64,000 bases of DNA from IMG/VR virus record IMGVR_UViG_3300020388_000009; one strand, given 5' to 3'. The translations under genes were made by a program, and so were the position numbers. The notes below the pieces were generated by a model, which was not told the origin of the DNA, did not search any database, and saw only the letters and a list, made by a program, of their open reading frames with translations. Numbering within the stretch: position 1 is the stretch's first letter; the number at the start of each line of letters is the position of its first letter. Shown piece by piece: positions 28,786 through 39,899 of the stretch. The DNA comes from a virus (taxonomy: Duplodnaviria > Caudoviricetes).

Positions 28786-31137
28786 TTATGCGTATATCCA
28801 TATTTCTTCTGTTGATCTGTTAACCCACATTTCTCCATGACGAGCATTGGCAGTACTACCAAATGTCGGAAAATTGCTTCCACCAGGATTGGTGGTTTCA
28901 ATTTGAGTGGAAGTAATGAAAGTGCTTGGCGTTTCTGATGTATCAGTTAAACTAATATTTGCTAAATTTAATCCCCATCTACCTGAACCTTCATCCCAGA
29001 AGAGATTGGCATCCGCGGCAGACCCTCTTTTAATACTTATACCAGCATCTTGATCAGGAGCATCAGAAGCATTTGTTCCATTTGCTCCAAAATTGGCATT
29101 CAGATCAATAAAATTGTCATCTATTGTCAATGTTTCAGTGTTAATGAAAGTTGTGGTTCCTTGAACGGTGAAGTTTCCGGCTACTGTTAAAGCACCTGGT
29201 ACAGAAATAGTGGTATCAGAAGTACCCATTGTTAATGTGTTGTTACCAACTGTAGCAAATATGGTATGACTTGCAGCTGTTAAGTCTAGGCCTTCTAAGC
29301 CGGCCAAGTTGGTTTCGGTGGTTCCTAATGTAATAGTGGTGGAACCAATTGTTATGGCATCCTCTGCCAAAGATGCAAGAGTTACTGTGCCCTCACCAAA
29401 CGTTGATGGATCTAATGTTATAACTGATCCGTCAATACCAAAACCGGTACCTAACACATCAACAAGTGCATTAATTATAGTTGTTTTCTTATGAAGATTA
29501 TCAGAAACATCGTATATTGCAATGTAATCGCCATCTGCAACAGTGCTTTCATTTGACAATCCATTGATATCTAATGCCAAGTTTTCTGAGCCGTCATCTT
29601 TTAAACCAGTTCCGGCAAAATCTGAAACATCTACTTTAAATACACCGCCGGCGGCAGCTATACCATTACCGGCCATAAAAGCTGCTAGATCTACAACAGA
29701 TTCTTTTTTAGTGTCGTTATCAGTAGCGCTAGTGTCTATAAATGCTATATAATCATTAGCAACATCAATAGGAACTTCAGCAACTTCAGATAAATCAACT
29801 TTTAATGCAGAATTACCGCCGCCAGTTAAACCGACACCTGCTACTGCGGTGGAAATTTCGGCTACGCCAACTGAATTGTTGGCTAATGTTATTGCTCCGC
29901 CGGCTGCAACTGCCACATCTGTAGATGCTGCATCTATATTGCTAAATATCTGATCTTCTAAATTGCTGAACTGAATTTTCTTTTCAGCACCATTATCTGA
30001 ATATATTAATAAATCGGTTTGGTCAATAGTAGTTCCTGAGTTAGACAATCCATCAATATCTAATCCAGTTGCAGAAACATTTTCTAATCCGCTACCATCA
30101 CCAGTAAATGTACCAGCTGTAATATTATCACCAGTAGTTAAACTTCCTGTAATTGTTACAGATCCAGTAAACTGATGTGATATTTCGGATGGCATTGAAC
30201 CTGAACCAAATATAGTTGAACCAGAACGAACCACTATCCGATCTTCAAATAATTCTACACCGTTAAATATAAGACTTCCGTTAACAACGGTATCTGTATT
30301 TAATTCTGTTAAAGTTTCAATGTTTAATTTAGAAGCTGTTATAGTATTAAATGTGGCTGTACCACCAAATGTATGAACGCCATTGTCTCCGCTTGCGCTC
30401 ACATTGCCAGTAGCAGTGATATTATCAAAGTTAGCTGAATCGGCTGGAGAAAATGCAGTTGATGATATACTATATACTGTACCGCCATTCGAGTTAACGG
30501 TTGGTGTTACAGTAATATTAGCGCCCGGAGCTACAATAGATGATGTGGCTGCTTTAATAGTGGCAATGGTATCATTAGTTCCAGAAAGTGTTACTGTAAC
30601 ATTTTCACCTCCAATTAATGATTTTGTCACAGCTGTAATTGTGGCAACGGTATCACTAGTTCCAGACAACGCCACAGTGACATTATCACCTGCAACAATT
30701 GATTTTGTTACAGCAGTAATTGTAGTGGAAGCTGCGGAAGGAGTTAATGTAATATTGTCGCCGGCAACAATTGATTTTGTTACTGCCTTTATTCCAAGAA
30801 AATCACCTTGCGTTGATCCTGAAACAGTTAAAGTAATATTACCGGTATTAACATATGTTATATTTGAATTTACTGATGCTGAAAGTACTGTTCCTACACC
30901 AGTAAATGTAGATGAATTATCAATTGATGTGGTTGCATATGCATGTGCTTGTGATATGGCACCGGCTACTGTTGCCTGAGTAGCTTTCTTTACATTACCA
31001 GATGCATCTACAACTAATACATTTTCGGTATTATCCGATGTATCTGCTATATTTGTTATTTGTATACCATGAGAAGCAGTTACGTGTGTTAATTCTGCAC
31101 TACTACCTGATACTATTACTTTTTTCCATTCAGCCAT
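28786..31137 (-). CDS. Tail fibre-like structural protein
   Basis: N-terminus WKKVIVSGSSAEL; short TKSIVAGDN repeats; C-terminal GTTTFINT.TLTIDDNFI.LN...DAGISIKRG...WDE. Confidence 0.7.
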   Translation of the reverse strand: MAEWKKVIVSGSSAELTHVTASHGIQITNIADTSDNTENVLVVDASGNVKKATQATVAGAISQAHAYATTSIDNSSTFTGVGTVLSASVNSNITYVNTGNITLTVSGSTQGDFLGIKAVTKSIVAGDNITLTPSAASTTITAVTKSIVAGDNVTVALSGTSDTVATITAVTKSLIGGENVTVTLSGTNDTIATIKAATSSIVAPGANITVTPTVNSNGGTVYSISSTAFSPADSANFDNITATGNVSASGDNGVHTFGGTATFNTITASKLNIETLTELNTDTVVNGSLIFNGVELFEDRIVVRSGSTIFGSGSMPSEISHQFTGSVTITGSLTTGDNITAGTFTGDGSGLENVSATGLDIDGLSNSGTTIDQTDLLIYSDNGAEKKIQFSNLEDQIFSNIDAASTDVAVAAGGAITLANNSVGVAEISTAVAGVGLTGGGNSALKVDLSEVAEVPIDVANDYIAFIDTSATDNDTKKESVVDLAAFMAGNGIAAAGGVFKVDVSDFAGTGLKDDGSENLALDINGLSNESTVADGDYIAIYDVSDNLHKKTTIINALVDVLGTGFGIDGSVITLDPSTFGEGTVTLASLAEDAITIGSTTITLGTTETNLAGLEGLDLTAASHTIFATVGNNTLTMGTSDTTISVPGALTVAGNFTVQGTTTFINTETLTIDDNFIDLNANFGANGTNASDAPDQDAGISIKRGSAADANLFWDEGSGRWGLNLANISLTDTSETPSTFITSTQIETTNPGGSNFPTFGSTANARHGEMWVNRSTEEIWIYA

Positions 31138-31153
31138 TTTATTGTTTCCTTAT

Positions 31154-32689
31154 TTAACTATACTGTCCATCTGATCCTGTTATATATGCTGCTAATCCCG
31201 GGCTTACAGCACCTTTTGCAAAAGCGTCATTACCAACACCTGCATTTGAAAATGAAAATCCGTTCCACCTAGGTGCTGCGGTAATTACTTCTCTAGAGGA
31301 TGAATGTGCACTTACAAATGGATTTTCAAAATAATCGGTTCCAAAAACTGTGTTTCCTCGCATTCCATCTCCTGCTACATGCACAGTTCCTGATACAGGT
31401 AATCCACCTTTAAAATTACCATCTGATAATGTTGTCGGGTAATGAACTAATTGCATTGTATAATATCCACCAGATGCCGGTGCTGATAATTTATCATCTA
31501 AAAATATATGTGATCCAGATTTTATACCTTGAATACTATCTGCAAATGGTAACATCGTAACCGGTGTAATTGATCCAGATGTTCCGTATGGTCCCATTAA
31601 ACCTCCAGATCCAGATGCCCAGTATAATGTTGTACGTTTAATTGGAGAATATGCTGCAACGCTAATGTTATTATTATGCACACCTACCAATGTTTCAAAT
31701 CGTAACGAATGAAAAAATGATCCACTTGCCACTACTGTATCATATGGAAATGTTAATAATTCACGATTAGAAGCAAATAATCGATTGTTTACTGATGCTG
31801 AATTAAATAATCCGGTAAATTGGGCTTCATCACCGTCGCCAAATATATTTGCAGCAACTATAGTACTGTTAAACCCGGCTGAAGATTGTAATGTAATTGA
31901 ACCGGTTTTAGAAGCTGATGGCACACGATATTCATAATATTCAAATTTTCCGGCGTCGATGCGAGATGCAGTAGCTGATGCTAAACTTGGATTAGTTATA
32001 TTACTTGAACTAGTATATTCTGATATAAATGATCCAGTACTTGACCCAGATGCAAATGTTCTAATAAAAAATGATGCAGTTGCATCAAATTGATGTAATT
32101 CATTTCCATGAGCTCCATCTATATGACAACCGCTTTCTGAATTTGCAAATGACCATGATGCTCCGGTATTAAATGATGAACTGTTAATAAATTCCCAATC
32201 AACATAACCAGAAGTATTTGCAATTGCAGAAAAACTTAGTTTTGAACCAGTTTGTATAGAATATGAACCAGTTATTATTCCATCTTCACCATCTTCTGCT
32301 AAAATTACTACAAAATCTGCAGGGAATGTTACCCTACCAAATATGCTAGCACTGGCTTGTAGATAAGCATTTGAGCTCATTTCATCGGCCATACGTTCAT
32401 TTAATTTCGATTTATAATCAGGTGTCGGGACTGGGTCATAAAAAAATGATTGAGAAATACCACCTACGACTACATTTGGTATACGTATTGGTGGGCTAGA
32501 TACTCCATCGACTATTGGAGTGTCTTTTCGTTTCATACGTTTATAAAATTTATGTTTTGATCCACGTGGATCTTTTAAAGCAAATGGAACACGCTGCTTA
32601 CCGGTAAAAGTACCTTTAATAGTGCCGGCGGCTATAGAAGCACTTAATTCTGCATATGTTTTTACTTCAAATCCTCTAAATTTTGCCAT
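31154..32689 (-). CDS. Ser/Gly-rich probable virion protein
   Basis: Late motif upstream; about 19 [ST][GAS]S motifs. Confidence 0.55.
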   Translation of the reverse strand: MAKFRGFEVKTYAELSASIAAGTIKGTFTGKQRVPFALKDPRGSKHKFYKRMKRKDTPIVDGVSSPPIRIPNVVVGGISQSFFYDPVPTPDYKSKLNERMADEMSSNAYLQASASIFGRVTFPADFVVILAEDGEDGIITGSYSIQTGSKLSFSAIANTSGYVDWEFINSSSFNTGASWSFANSESGCHIDGAHGNELHQFDATASFFIRTFASGSSTGSFISEYTSSSNITNPSLASATASRIDAGKFEYYEYRVPSASKTGSITLQSSAGFNSTIVAANIFGDGDEAQFTGLFNSASVNNRLFASNRELLTFPYDTVVASGSFFHSLRFETLVGVHNNNISVAAYSPIKRTTLYWASGSGGLMGPYGTSGSITPVTMLPFADSIQGIKSGSHIFLDDKLSAPASGGYYTMQLVHYPTTLSDGNFKGGLPVSGTVHVAGDGMRGNTVFGTDYFENPFVSAHSSSREVITAAPRWNGFSFSNAGVGNDAFAKGAVSPGLAAYITGSDGQYS

Positions 32690-32731
32690 AGTACAACTTT
32701 TTATTTTATTTATAATAAATATGCAATAATA

Positions 32732-33373
32732 TCAATAACCCAGGTAAAAATCGCCAGAGGCACTATAAAACATTCCTCCTTCCTGGGCCGTAGGTGTTGT
32801 AGAAAATGCTCCTAATACTGTAACTCCTTCTAGATTGATAACAAATTTTGCATCATCCGATCCATGTGATTTTACCAGAAATAAATCTCCAGGAGTACCA
32901 TTACCAGTTATGATATTTTTTGATGATGATATTACTGGAGCAAATAACGATTGATTAACATATAAATCATTTGTAGTATCAACTAAAAATGAGTCTTGTC
33001 CTATTATTACCGGACCAGGTGTTTTTATCGATCCAGAATGTAATGTCAATGATCCAGATATTACCGATGGTCCATGCATTAAAACAGAACCAGTAATTGT
33101 CAATGATCCAGATATTACAGCAGAACCGGAAAATGGAAATACGGCGCCTGAGCCTTCTGCAAATGCTAATGCTATCCATGTTGAATCTGAAGTTTCGCTG
33201 CCAGGATTGGTACATGCATAATATCTGTTTTCATCTGATTGGTAAACTAGTAATCCTTCATACAAGTTAAACCATGGTATTGCAAGACGTTCAGTGTTGT
33301 TTGCTACAACCGATCGTGAATCTAAAGGTTCTTGTGTATTTGGATTAAATCCTACTCCAATATTCACTGCCAT
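32732..33373 (-). CDS. Fibre-associated protein
   Basis: N-terminal PLDSR...YEGLLVY module; C-terminal TPTAQEGGMFYS. Confidence 0.55.
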   Translation of the reverse strand: MAVNIGVGFNPNTQEPLDSRSVVANNTERLAIPWFNLYEGLLVYQSDENRYYACTNPGSETSDSTWIALAFAEGSGAVFPFSGSAVISGSLTITGSVLMHGPSVISGSLTLHSGSIKTPGPVIIGQDSFLVDTTNDLYVNQSLFAPVISSSKNIITGNGTPGDLFLVKSHGSDDAKFVINLEGVTVLGAFSTTPTAQEGGMFYSASGDFYLGY

Positions 33374-33375
33374 GA

Positions 33376-36300
33376 TTAAAACTCCAATTTATATCTTAAT
33401 GGTATATTTTTCGGTGTCACAGATCTCCATACTTTATATTTAGGTTGACCTGTTACCGGATCAGTACCTACCGTAGTTACATCAAATCCAGAAATTTCTT
33501 CAAATGTAGAATCCACATTTTTAATTGATACCACATTTCCTAACTCTGCATCGTATATTATATATAAATATTCGCCAGTTGCTGCTGGGTTGAATGCAAT
33601 TGTTTTGGATTCTATTTCTGAAATTTCGTTTACTCCGGATTCAATGACACCAGTTGTCCAGTTATCTAATTCTAAAATCTCTTCGTACGAATATGATGAC
33701 ACCATAGTTGATATATATCTTAAACTCCTTACACGTTGCCATGTCACTGAAACTGATCCAGTATGTGTTAAATATTCGCTATTACGTGTACCAGAATTCC
33801 AAAATTGTTGTATTAGTCCGGTAGTTACATCGCCAGTTTGATTAACTGTAACAGAGTCAGAAAAATTATTAAAATGTGGTGTACTACTTAACCAGCCTTC
33901 TCCGGCAGCATCAGTTCCTGGTGTTGTTACCCATGAAATAGTTCCTTCTTCGCCTTCTTCTATTTCTAGTTGATCTGCATCATATGCATTATGTTCTAGA
34001 ACATATGTTAATTGTGTCACGGTTGGATTGGTAGGATCTAGTTTATTTAATTCTAATGGCAATACTGATTCCATATCTCCAAAATTTCCAAACTGATCCA
34101 CATATCTGATTTTAGCTTTAAATGTATGACTGCCGGATTGATAAGATGGATATGTATCATTAATTGTTATATTTTCTCCATCGGTAAATGATGCCACGCC
34201 TACATACACGCCTCCATTTGTAGATGCAGATATATGACCAAATATAAAGGTATTATCATATAAATTATATGATGATTTTAATTGATAATCGTCAATAACA
34301 TTTGTAAATCTATCTGTATCAAAAGTTTCATCTACGAATCGATAGAAATATGGATCAACATTAGACCCAAATGTCAATGTTAATATTCCTCCATCAGTTG
34401 TAACAGATACATCGTTACTATAATCGTTAATAACTAATTGAGTTAAATCGATTAGAGGTGCCGTAGATCCTGTTTGATATTGTACTGAAGTGGATGAACC
34501 ACCTTCTGTATTTATTGAATTAGGATAACTACCAGTATAAAAGAATTTTTTCTGTACTGTATCGTATACTACGACTTTATTTCCAGGTTCATTAGAATGA
34601 GGTACATTATTAAATGCTCCGGAAATTTCCGCGGCGATTTGGGCAGAACCAGATATCAATGTATTGTTTAATTCTGTTTCTGCAATTGTTAATCTAGCTG
34701 ATAATGATTCGCTTACGTTGCTAAATGATCCAGATATATCCGCGGCAATTTGAGCAGAACTAGATATCAATGCATTGCCTAATTCTGTTTCTATTACATT
34801 TAATCTTGATGAAAATGAACCACTATCTGTTTCTAATGAGGTTACTCTTGTACTAAATGAAGAACTTGGAGCAACAAATGCTCCAGTAATTTCTGTGGCA
34901 ATTTGTGCAGATCCGGATATCAATGTTTTGGAAGTACTACCGGCTTCCACAGATGACAGTCTAGAGGATAATGACTCACTTACATTGCTAAATGCTCCAG
35001 AAATTTCTGAAGCTATTTGCATTGAACCAGATATCAATGTATTACCTAATTCTGATTCTATTACATTTAATCTGGATTGCACTGATGAACTTACATCACT
35101 AAATGCTCCAGATATTGCGGTAGCGATTTGAGCAGAACCGGATATCAATGTATTGTTTAATTCTGATTCTATTGTATTTAAACGACTTTGTAAAGAAGAG
35201 CTAGTTTCTGTAAATGCTCCGGATACTGCAGATGCAATTTGAGCTGAACCAGATATCAATGTATTGTTTAATTCTGATTCTATTGTAGTTAATCGAGTTT
35301 GTATAGATGCACTAGTATCTGTAAATGCACCTGATATTTCTGTTGCAATTTGAGCAGAACTGCTCAATGCTCCTTCAAATATTCCGGTAAATGCCGGTGC
35401 TGTAATAGTTCCTTTAGATACAATTATACTACCAGTTGTTAATATAGATCCGGTAAATTGATGAGTAGCTTCTGATGGTATTGAACCTGAACCAAATACA
35501 GTTGAGCCAGAACGAACTGTTATCTGGTCTTCAAATAATTCTACACCGTTAAATACAAGAGATCCAAATAATCGAGTATCATTATTTATTAAAAGCTGTG
35601 ATGCTGTTACGCGCGATGATGATATATTTGCAAACGTTACAGAGGAATCTGTGTTTACGTTCTGATTAATTTGTGATTCTAATGTATTAAATCTAGATTC
35701 TATAGACGAACTTACGTTATTAAATGCCCCAGATATTTCAGATTTAATTTCACCAGAACTTGATATATAATTTAATTCAATTGTAGATAATCGAGTTTGT
35801 ATAGAAGCGCTAGATTTAAAAAATGCTCCGGATATTTCTGTGGCAATTTGTGCAGAGCTAGATATAACTCCTTGACCTTGAAATGCACCAGAAATTGCAG
35901 CAGCAAGTTGTGCAGAGCCAGATATCAATGTTTTGGAAGTACTGCCTGCTTCTACTAATGTTAATCGTGATGATAATGATTCGCTAGCGTTATTAAATGC
36001 TCCAGATATTTCAGATTCAATTTCGCTAGAACTTGATATATAATTTAATTCTATTACATTTAATCTGGATTGTATAGATTCACTGGCGTTGTTAAATGCG
36101 CCTGATATCGCTGTAGCTATTTGTACAGATCCGGATATCAATGTATTGCCTAATTCTGATTCTATTACATTTAATCTGGATTGTATAGATTCGCTGGCGT
36201 TATTAAACGCACCGGAAATTTCTGTAGCAATCTGCACAGAACCGGATATCAATGGTTTGGAAGTGCTACCTGCTTCTACTAATGTTAATCGCGATGATAA

Positions 36301-37044
36301 TGATTCACTTACCGGTTGGAATGCACCAGATATTTCTGAAGCTATTTGAGCAGAACCAGATATCAATGTTTTGGAAGTGCTACCAGCTTCAACAGCTTCT
36401 AAACGAACGCTTATTGATGATGCAGAATCTTGATTTTTTAATATCCTAGATAAATTAGATCGTATTAAATTATCATTAGTACTAGACGAATATTCTAATT
36501 CAACAATTGATGGATGAACCAAAATTGAGCTGGATATATCTGTGGCAATTTGAGCAGAACTACTTAAAGCTCCTTCAAAAATTCCTTTAAATGATGTAGC
36601 CTTTACAGATCCAGAAACATCCAATTTATGATTTGCCTGCGATGTTCCTATTCCTACATTACCAGTATTATAAAATATATCAGCGCCATCTGCACTCCAT
36701 GCTGTCAATGACCGAGCTGCTCTATTTGTGGCAGAGCTAACAACTGTATCATTTATAACAATATTATCAGTTATTTCAATAATGTTTGGTTGAGAAATTT
36801 CTTGAGTAACTATCTGATTGTTTTCAGGGGATGAAATTTCTACGGTAACATTTGCATCTTCCGATAATGCGATATTATTTGTAGTGACAACTGTTTGGAT
36901 GTTAGTATCATCTGATTCTTGGCTAGAATCAGTAACAGTTATAGATCCTTGAGTGCTTAAATCTACTACTTCAATTATGTAGACATCAACATCTTGTATA
37001 TCAACTGAAAATTTTTCTTCTTTAACATCTATGTTAATTGCCAT
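33376..37044 (-). CDS. Repeat-rich fibre protein
   Basis: About 15 copies of a ~37-aa unit (LISGSAQIAxEISGAFxxxSxSxxSRLxxxE), one GNVGIGT, HQFTGS cassette. Confidence 0.7.
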   Translation of the reverse strand: MAINIDVKEEKFSVDIQDVDVYIIEVVDLSTQGSITVTDSSQESDDTNIQTVVTTNNIALSEDANVTVEISSPENNQIVTQEISQPNIIEITDNIVINDTVVSSATNRAARSLTAWSADGADIFYNTGNVGIGTSQANHKLDVSGSVKATSFKGIFEGALSSSAQIATDISSSILVHPSIVELEYSSSTNDNLIRSNLSRILKNQDSASSISVRLEAVEAGSTSKTLISGSAQIASEISGAFQPVSESLSSRLTLVEAGSTSKPLISGSVQIATEISGAFNNASESIQSRLNVIESELGNTLISGSVQIATAISGAFNNASESIQSRLNVIELNYISSSSEIESEISGAFNNASESLSSRLTLVEAGSTSKTLISGSAQLAAAISGAFQGQGVISSSAQIATEISGAFFKSSASIQTRLSTIELNYISSSGEIKSEISGAFNNVSSSIESRFNTLESQINQNVNTDSSVTFANISSSRVTASQLLINNDTRLFGSLVFNGVELFEDQITVRSGSTVFGSGSIPSEATHQFTGSILTTGSIIVSKGTITAPAFTGIFEGALSSSAQIATEISGAFTDTSASIQTRLTTIESELNNTLISGSAQIASAVSGAFTETSSSLQSRLNTIESELNNTLISGSAQIATAISGAFSDVSSSVQSRLNVIESELGNTLISGSMQIASEISGAFSNVSESLSSRLSSVEAGSTSKTLISGSAQIATEITGAFVAPSSSFSTRVTSLETDSGSFSSRLNVIETELGNALISSSAQIAADISGSFSNVSESLSARLTIAETELNNTLISGSAQIAAEISGAFNNVPHSNEPGNKVVVYDTVQKKFFYTGSYPNSINTEGGSSTSVQYQTGSTAPLIDLTQLVINDYSNDVSVTTDGGILTLTFGSNVDPYFYRFVDETFDTDRFTNVIDDYQLKSSYNLYDNTFIFGHISASTNGGVYVGVASFTDGENITINDTYPSYQSGSHTFKAKIRYVDQFGNFGDMESVLPLELNKLDPTNPTVTQLTYVLEHNAYDADQLEIEEGEEGTISWVTTPGTDAAGEGWLSSTPHFNNFSDSVTVNQTGDVTTGLIQQFWNSGTRNSEYLTHTGSVSVTWQRVRSLRYISTMVSSYSYEEILELDNWTTGVIESGVNEISEIESKTIAFNPAATGEYLYIIYDAELGNVVSIKNVDSTFEEISGFDVTTVGTDPVTGQPKYKVWRSVTPKNIPLRYKLEF
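34615..36570. repeat. Two blocks of ~111-bp coding tandem repeats
   Basis: Recurrent gatatcaatg / aatgctcc units on the + strand; approximate bounds. Confidence 0.8.
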
Positions 37045-37049
37045 ACCAT

Positions 37050-37427
37050 CTAATCTCTAGTCACTTCTTTTGATAATTTAATACGTCCTTGTAATAATCT
37101 TGTCACAGTATTTGTAGCTGAATGCTCTAATTCCAAATCATATACCGCGGTATCAAAAGAGTATAATGATGTTGATGTGGCTGGAATAAGCAATTCTATT
37201 GTACCACTGATAGCTGATCCAGAAGTTTCAATTACTGATAAAAAATTATTAGTTTCGGTATCAAAATCGCCAATTTTAGTCGTAGAATCAATGGTATTAC
37301 GTATTTGCATACGCACGTTGTATCCAGAACCTATATCCACCGGTGTACCAGCGGCATTTTTATAAGTGAATTGTTTTTTAACTGTAACACCTTGTTCTAT
37401 AGTAAAGTTGTATTGACCTGCTGCCAT
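37050..37427 (-). CDS. Fibre attachment adaptor (T5 LtfC / BppU-like beta-sandwich)
   Basis: YNFTIEQG, RMQIR, AVYDLEL, VTRLLQG....S.EVTR. Confidence 0.7.
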   Translation of the reverse strand: MAAGQYNFTIEQGVTVKKQFTYKNAAGTPVDIGSGYNVRMQIRNTIDSTTKIGDFDTETNNFLSVIETSGSAISGTIELLIPATSTSLYSFDTAVYDLELEHSATNTVTRLLQGRIKLSKEVTRD

Positions 37428-37490
37428 AATATTTCCTTTATTTTATATAAATATTGGAACAATATGATACAATGAGATTTTAGTTGTGGA

Positions 37491-38294
37491 TTATCCTAAT
37501 GTTAAAGTTGCGCCTTGAATAAAGACATTAGTAGCACCTGGTGCTATAAGTATACCATATGATTCTCCTACTGTACAATCCCATCTAGTTGGTTGTAGAT
37601 TAGTATTAGAATTACCTGCAGTCGACAATAATGCTGTAAAAGTACCAGGTGTAAGTCTAAAAGGCGTAACTGATCTTGCGATATTTGCACTTGTGTGCAC
37701 AGCTACATGAGTAACTCGCTTTCCTTGAATGCCTGGCCATACTGCAGTTAATGCACCTCTATCATTAGTTGTTAATGCGCCTCGAACGCTATATGTTACA
37801 TCATATCCATCTTTTTTAAAATCGGTAAATGGTATAAATACTTTTTCTGTACCTCTATCATCGTACACACCTACTGATGAAAATTTTGCAGTATTAGCAG
37901 TAATTGCAGATGCTTGAGTGGATGATATTGTTGTTGTATTACCTGCTAATGCTCTACCACTTGTAGTACCAAATCCTGGAAATGTGGTTTTTGCTGTATT
38001 AGCTGTGATTGCAGAAGCTTGGGAATTAGATATAGTTGTTGTGTTACCTCTCATTGCAGTTGTATTGGTAGTTCCAAAACCTGGAAAATTTTCTGCATCT
38101 GCTTCTAAATAACGATGTAGTTCTTTTATCTCATCATTTAATTTTTGTAATTTATATAACATGGCACGTTCAGCAGGAAACACTTCCAGTTCTATATGTT
38201 TACCTTCATTGAAGGAAGCTGACATTGCCGCCAATTTTGCTCCATCTGTTATTCTATGTCTATCTAAATTATCGTCTCTATTACCTTTTGCCAT
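37491..38294 (-). CDS. Fibre-like protein with two ~34-aa repeats
   Basis: FPGFGTT...GNTTTIS..QASAITANTAK twice. Confidence 0.55.
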   Translation of the reverse strand: MAKGNRDDNLDRHRITDGAKLAAMSASFNEGKHIELEVFPAERAMLYKLQKLNDEIKELHRYLEADAENFPGFGTTNTTAMRGNTTTISNSQASAITANTAKTTFPGFGTTSGRALAGNTTTISSTQASAITANTAKFSSVGVYDDRGTEKVFIPFTDFKKDGYDVTYSVRGALTTNDRGALTAVWPGIQGKRVTHVAVHTSANIARSVTPFRLTPGTFTALLSTAGNSNTNLQPTRWDCTVGESYGILIAPGATNVFIQGATLTLG

Positions 38295-38302
38295 AATTTT
38301 AC

Positions 38303-39859
38303 CTATACTGCTTCTATTGTTACATACCCGCCATAAACTTCTTCACCAGAAGCTTGGGCTAATTCTAATAATAAATAATTTGTTGTGCTACTAGTTACAT
38401 CGGTAATATCCAATTCAGTTCCTATATTTCCAGTACCTTTACTAGTTACTGTTTTGCTATTGATATTCATTTCAGATACTTCTAATGCCGATGTACCACT
38501 TCCGTAAATATGTACATGTGTTGCTTTAAATCCTGTTGGTATTGGTATAGAAGCAAATAATTTAGCTGTACCATGAGATTCTAACCACCTGTCACTACCG
38601 GAATCATCAATCATTGCTGGTCTACCAATATCATCTGGTATAAAATCACTTACCAAGATTTTAATTCTTGTAATCGATCCATGCCATCCTGCTAAAATAG
38701 TACCAGTGGCACTTATGGTTTGCCCCGCATGTAAAGCTCCATTTGTTGATAAAGTAGTACCACTACTATGTTGTAAATAAGCGCCTGATGATGCATCTAA
38801 ATAGAGTCTATCAGCTGTTAAATACCCACTTGCACTTATATGACCTGATGCTGTAATAGCTGTTTGAACATTAAAAGATGTACCTGTAAATATACTATCT
38901 CTATTTGCTCTACCAAATGTTAATTTATTAGCATTTGTAATATCATAATCAACTACATCAGTATCAGCAACAGTAATAGCTTTTGCTACATTTAAATTTC
39001 CATACATATGAATATCAGCGTCATTTTCTACTCTTAAAGATGCTGAATTACCTGCCGCTAAGTATAATTGTCTATTGTTACCGCTAGCCGATCCTGTCAT
39101 ACCAATAATCATTGAATTTCCTTTGGTACCTGTTAAAGTATGACCTGATGGCCATTGGTCGTCATCTCCTGATATACCTATTTGTCCTGATATACCACCG
39201 TTATCTTGTTTTAAATGAATATAAGGATTTGCGGCTTCGTTATCATTTCCTGAATCTGCTTCTAGAGTTAATACTGCATCACCATCTGATCCAGATTTAA
39301 TTATTGTGACATTGCCACCAAATACATGATTAAGACCACTTGCACTTATATTACCAGAGGCTGTTATATGAGAAGTTACTTTTAAATTACCTTCAACTTT
39401 CACATTGTTCACACTTTGATCAGATACAGTTAATATATCTGTATCATCTGGAGCAATAATAATGGTATTACTGGTTTGATAAATTCTATCATCATTAGCT
39501 CCAAAATGAATCGTTGGATCGCCACCGGCACCATGTAGGTTTAAATGTGCACCAAAAATATTATTACTTGCACTTATAAGGCCTGTAACTCTCATATCTC
39601 CTGTAAACTGGTGTGTATCATCTGATGAATCACCAAATGCGGTTGAACCTGAAAGTGTTTGAGTTGTTATATTGCTAACTGATGAACAAACAATATAATT
39701 TTCTGCTGTTATACTATCAACTCGAAAATCACTTGAAACTGCAGATCCAGAACCATAATAAAATTTTCCAGTATCCAAATTAATCGCTAATTCACCATCT
39801 GCTAAACTGCTTGGAACTGCGGAACCGGTTCCTCTTCTTATTTGTATTGTTTGTGCCAT
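38303..39859 (-). CDS. Tail fibre protein with Mtd_N-like N-terminal joint
   Basis: IQIRRG...PSSLADGELAINLDTGKFYYG; ITASGNISASG; HQFTG cassette. Confidence 0.7.
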   Translation of the reverse strand: MAQTIQIRRGTGSAVPSSLADGELAINLDTGKFYYGSGSAVSSDFRVDSITAENYIVCSSVSNITTQTLSGSTAFGDSSDDTHQFTGDMRVTGLISASNNIFGAHLNLHGAGGDPTIHFGANDDRIYQTSNTIIIAPDDTDILTVSDQSVNNVKVEGNLKVTSHITASGNISASGLNHVFGGNVTIIKSGSDGDAVLTLEADSGNDNEAANPYIHLKQDNGGISGQIGISGDDDQWPSGHTLTGTKGNSMIIGMTGSASGNNRQLYLAAGNSASLRVENDADIHMYGNLNVAKAITVADTDVVDYDITNANKLTFGRANRDSIFTGTSFNVQTAITASGHISASGYLTADRLYLDASSGAYLQHSSGTTLSTNGALHAGQTISATGTILAGWHGSITRIKILVSDFIPDDIGRPAMIDDSGSDRWLESHGTAKLFASIPIPTGFKATHVHIYGSGTSALEVSEMNINSKTVTSKGTGNIGTELDITDVTSSTTNYLLLELAQASGEEVYGGYVTIEAV

Positions 39860-39899
39860 ATGTTATTCTATTTTATATAAATATTAATTAATTAAATAT

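Noticed and set aside
32979-33215. Nested minus-strand ORFs (78 aa here; 74 aa at 54548-54772)
   Set aside because: Alternative-frame artefacts inside repetitive fibre genes
38303-39859. Diversity-generating retroelement suggested by the Mtd_N-like domain
   Set aside because: No reverse transcriptase and no template/variable repeat pair with adenine-specific differences; the near-identical repeats found are internal coding duplications
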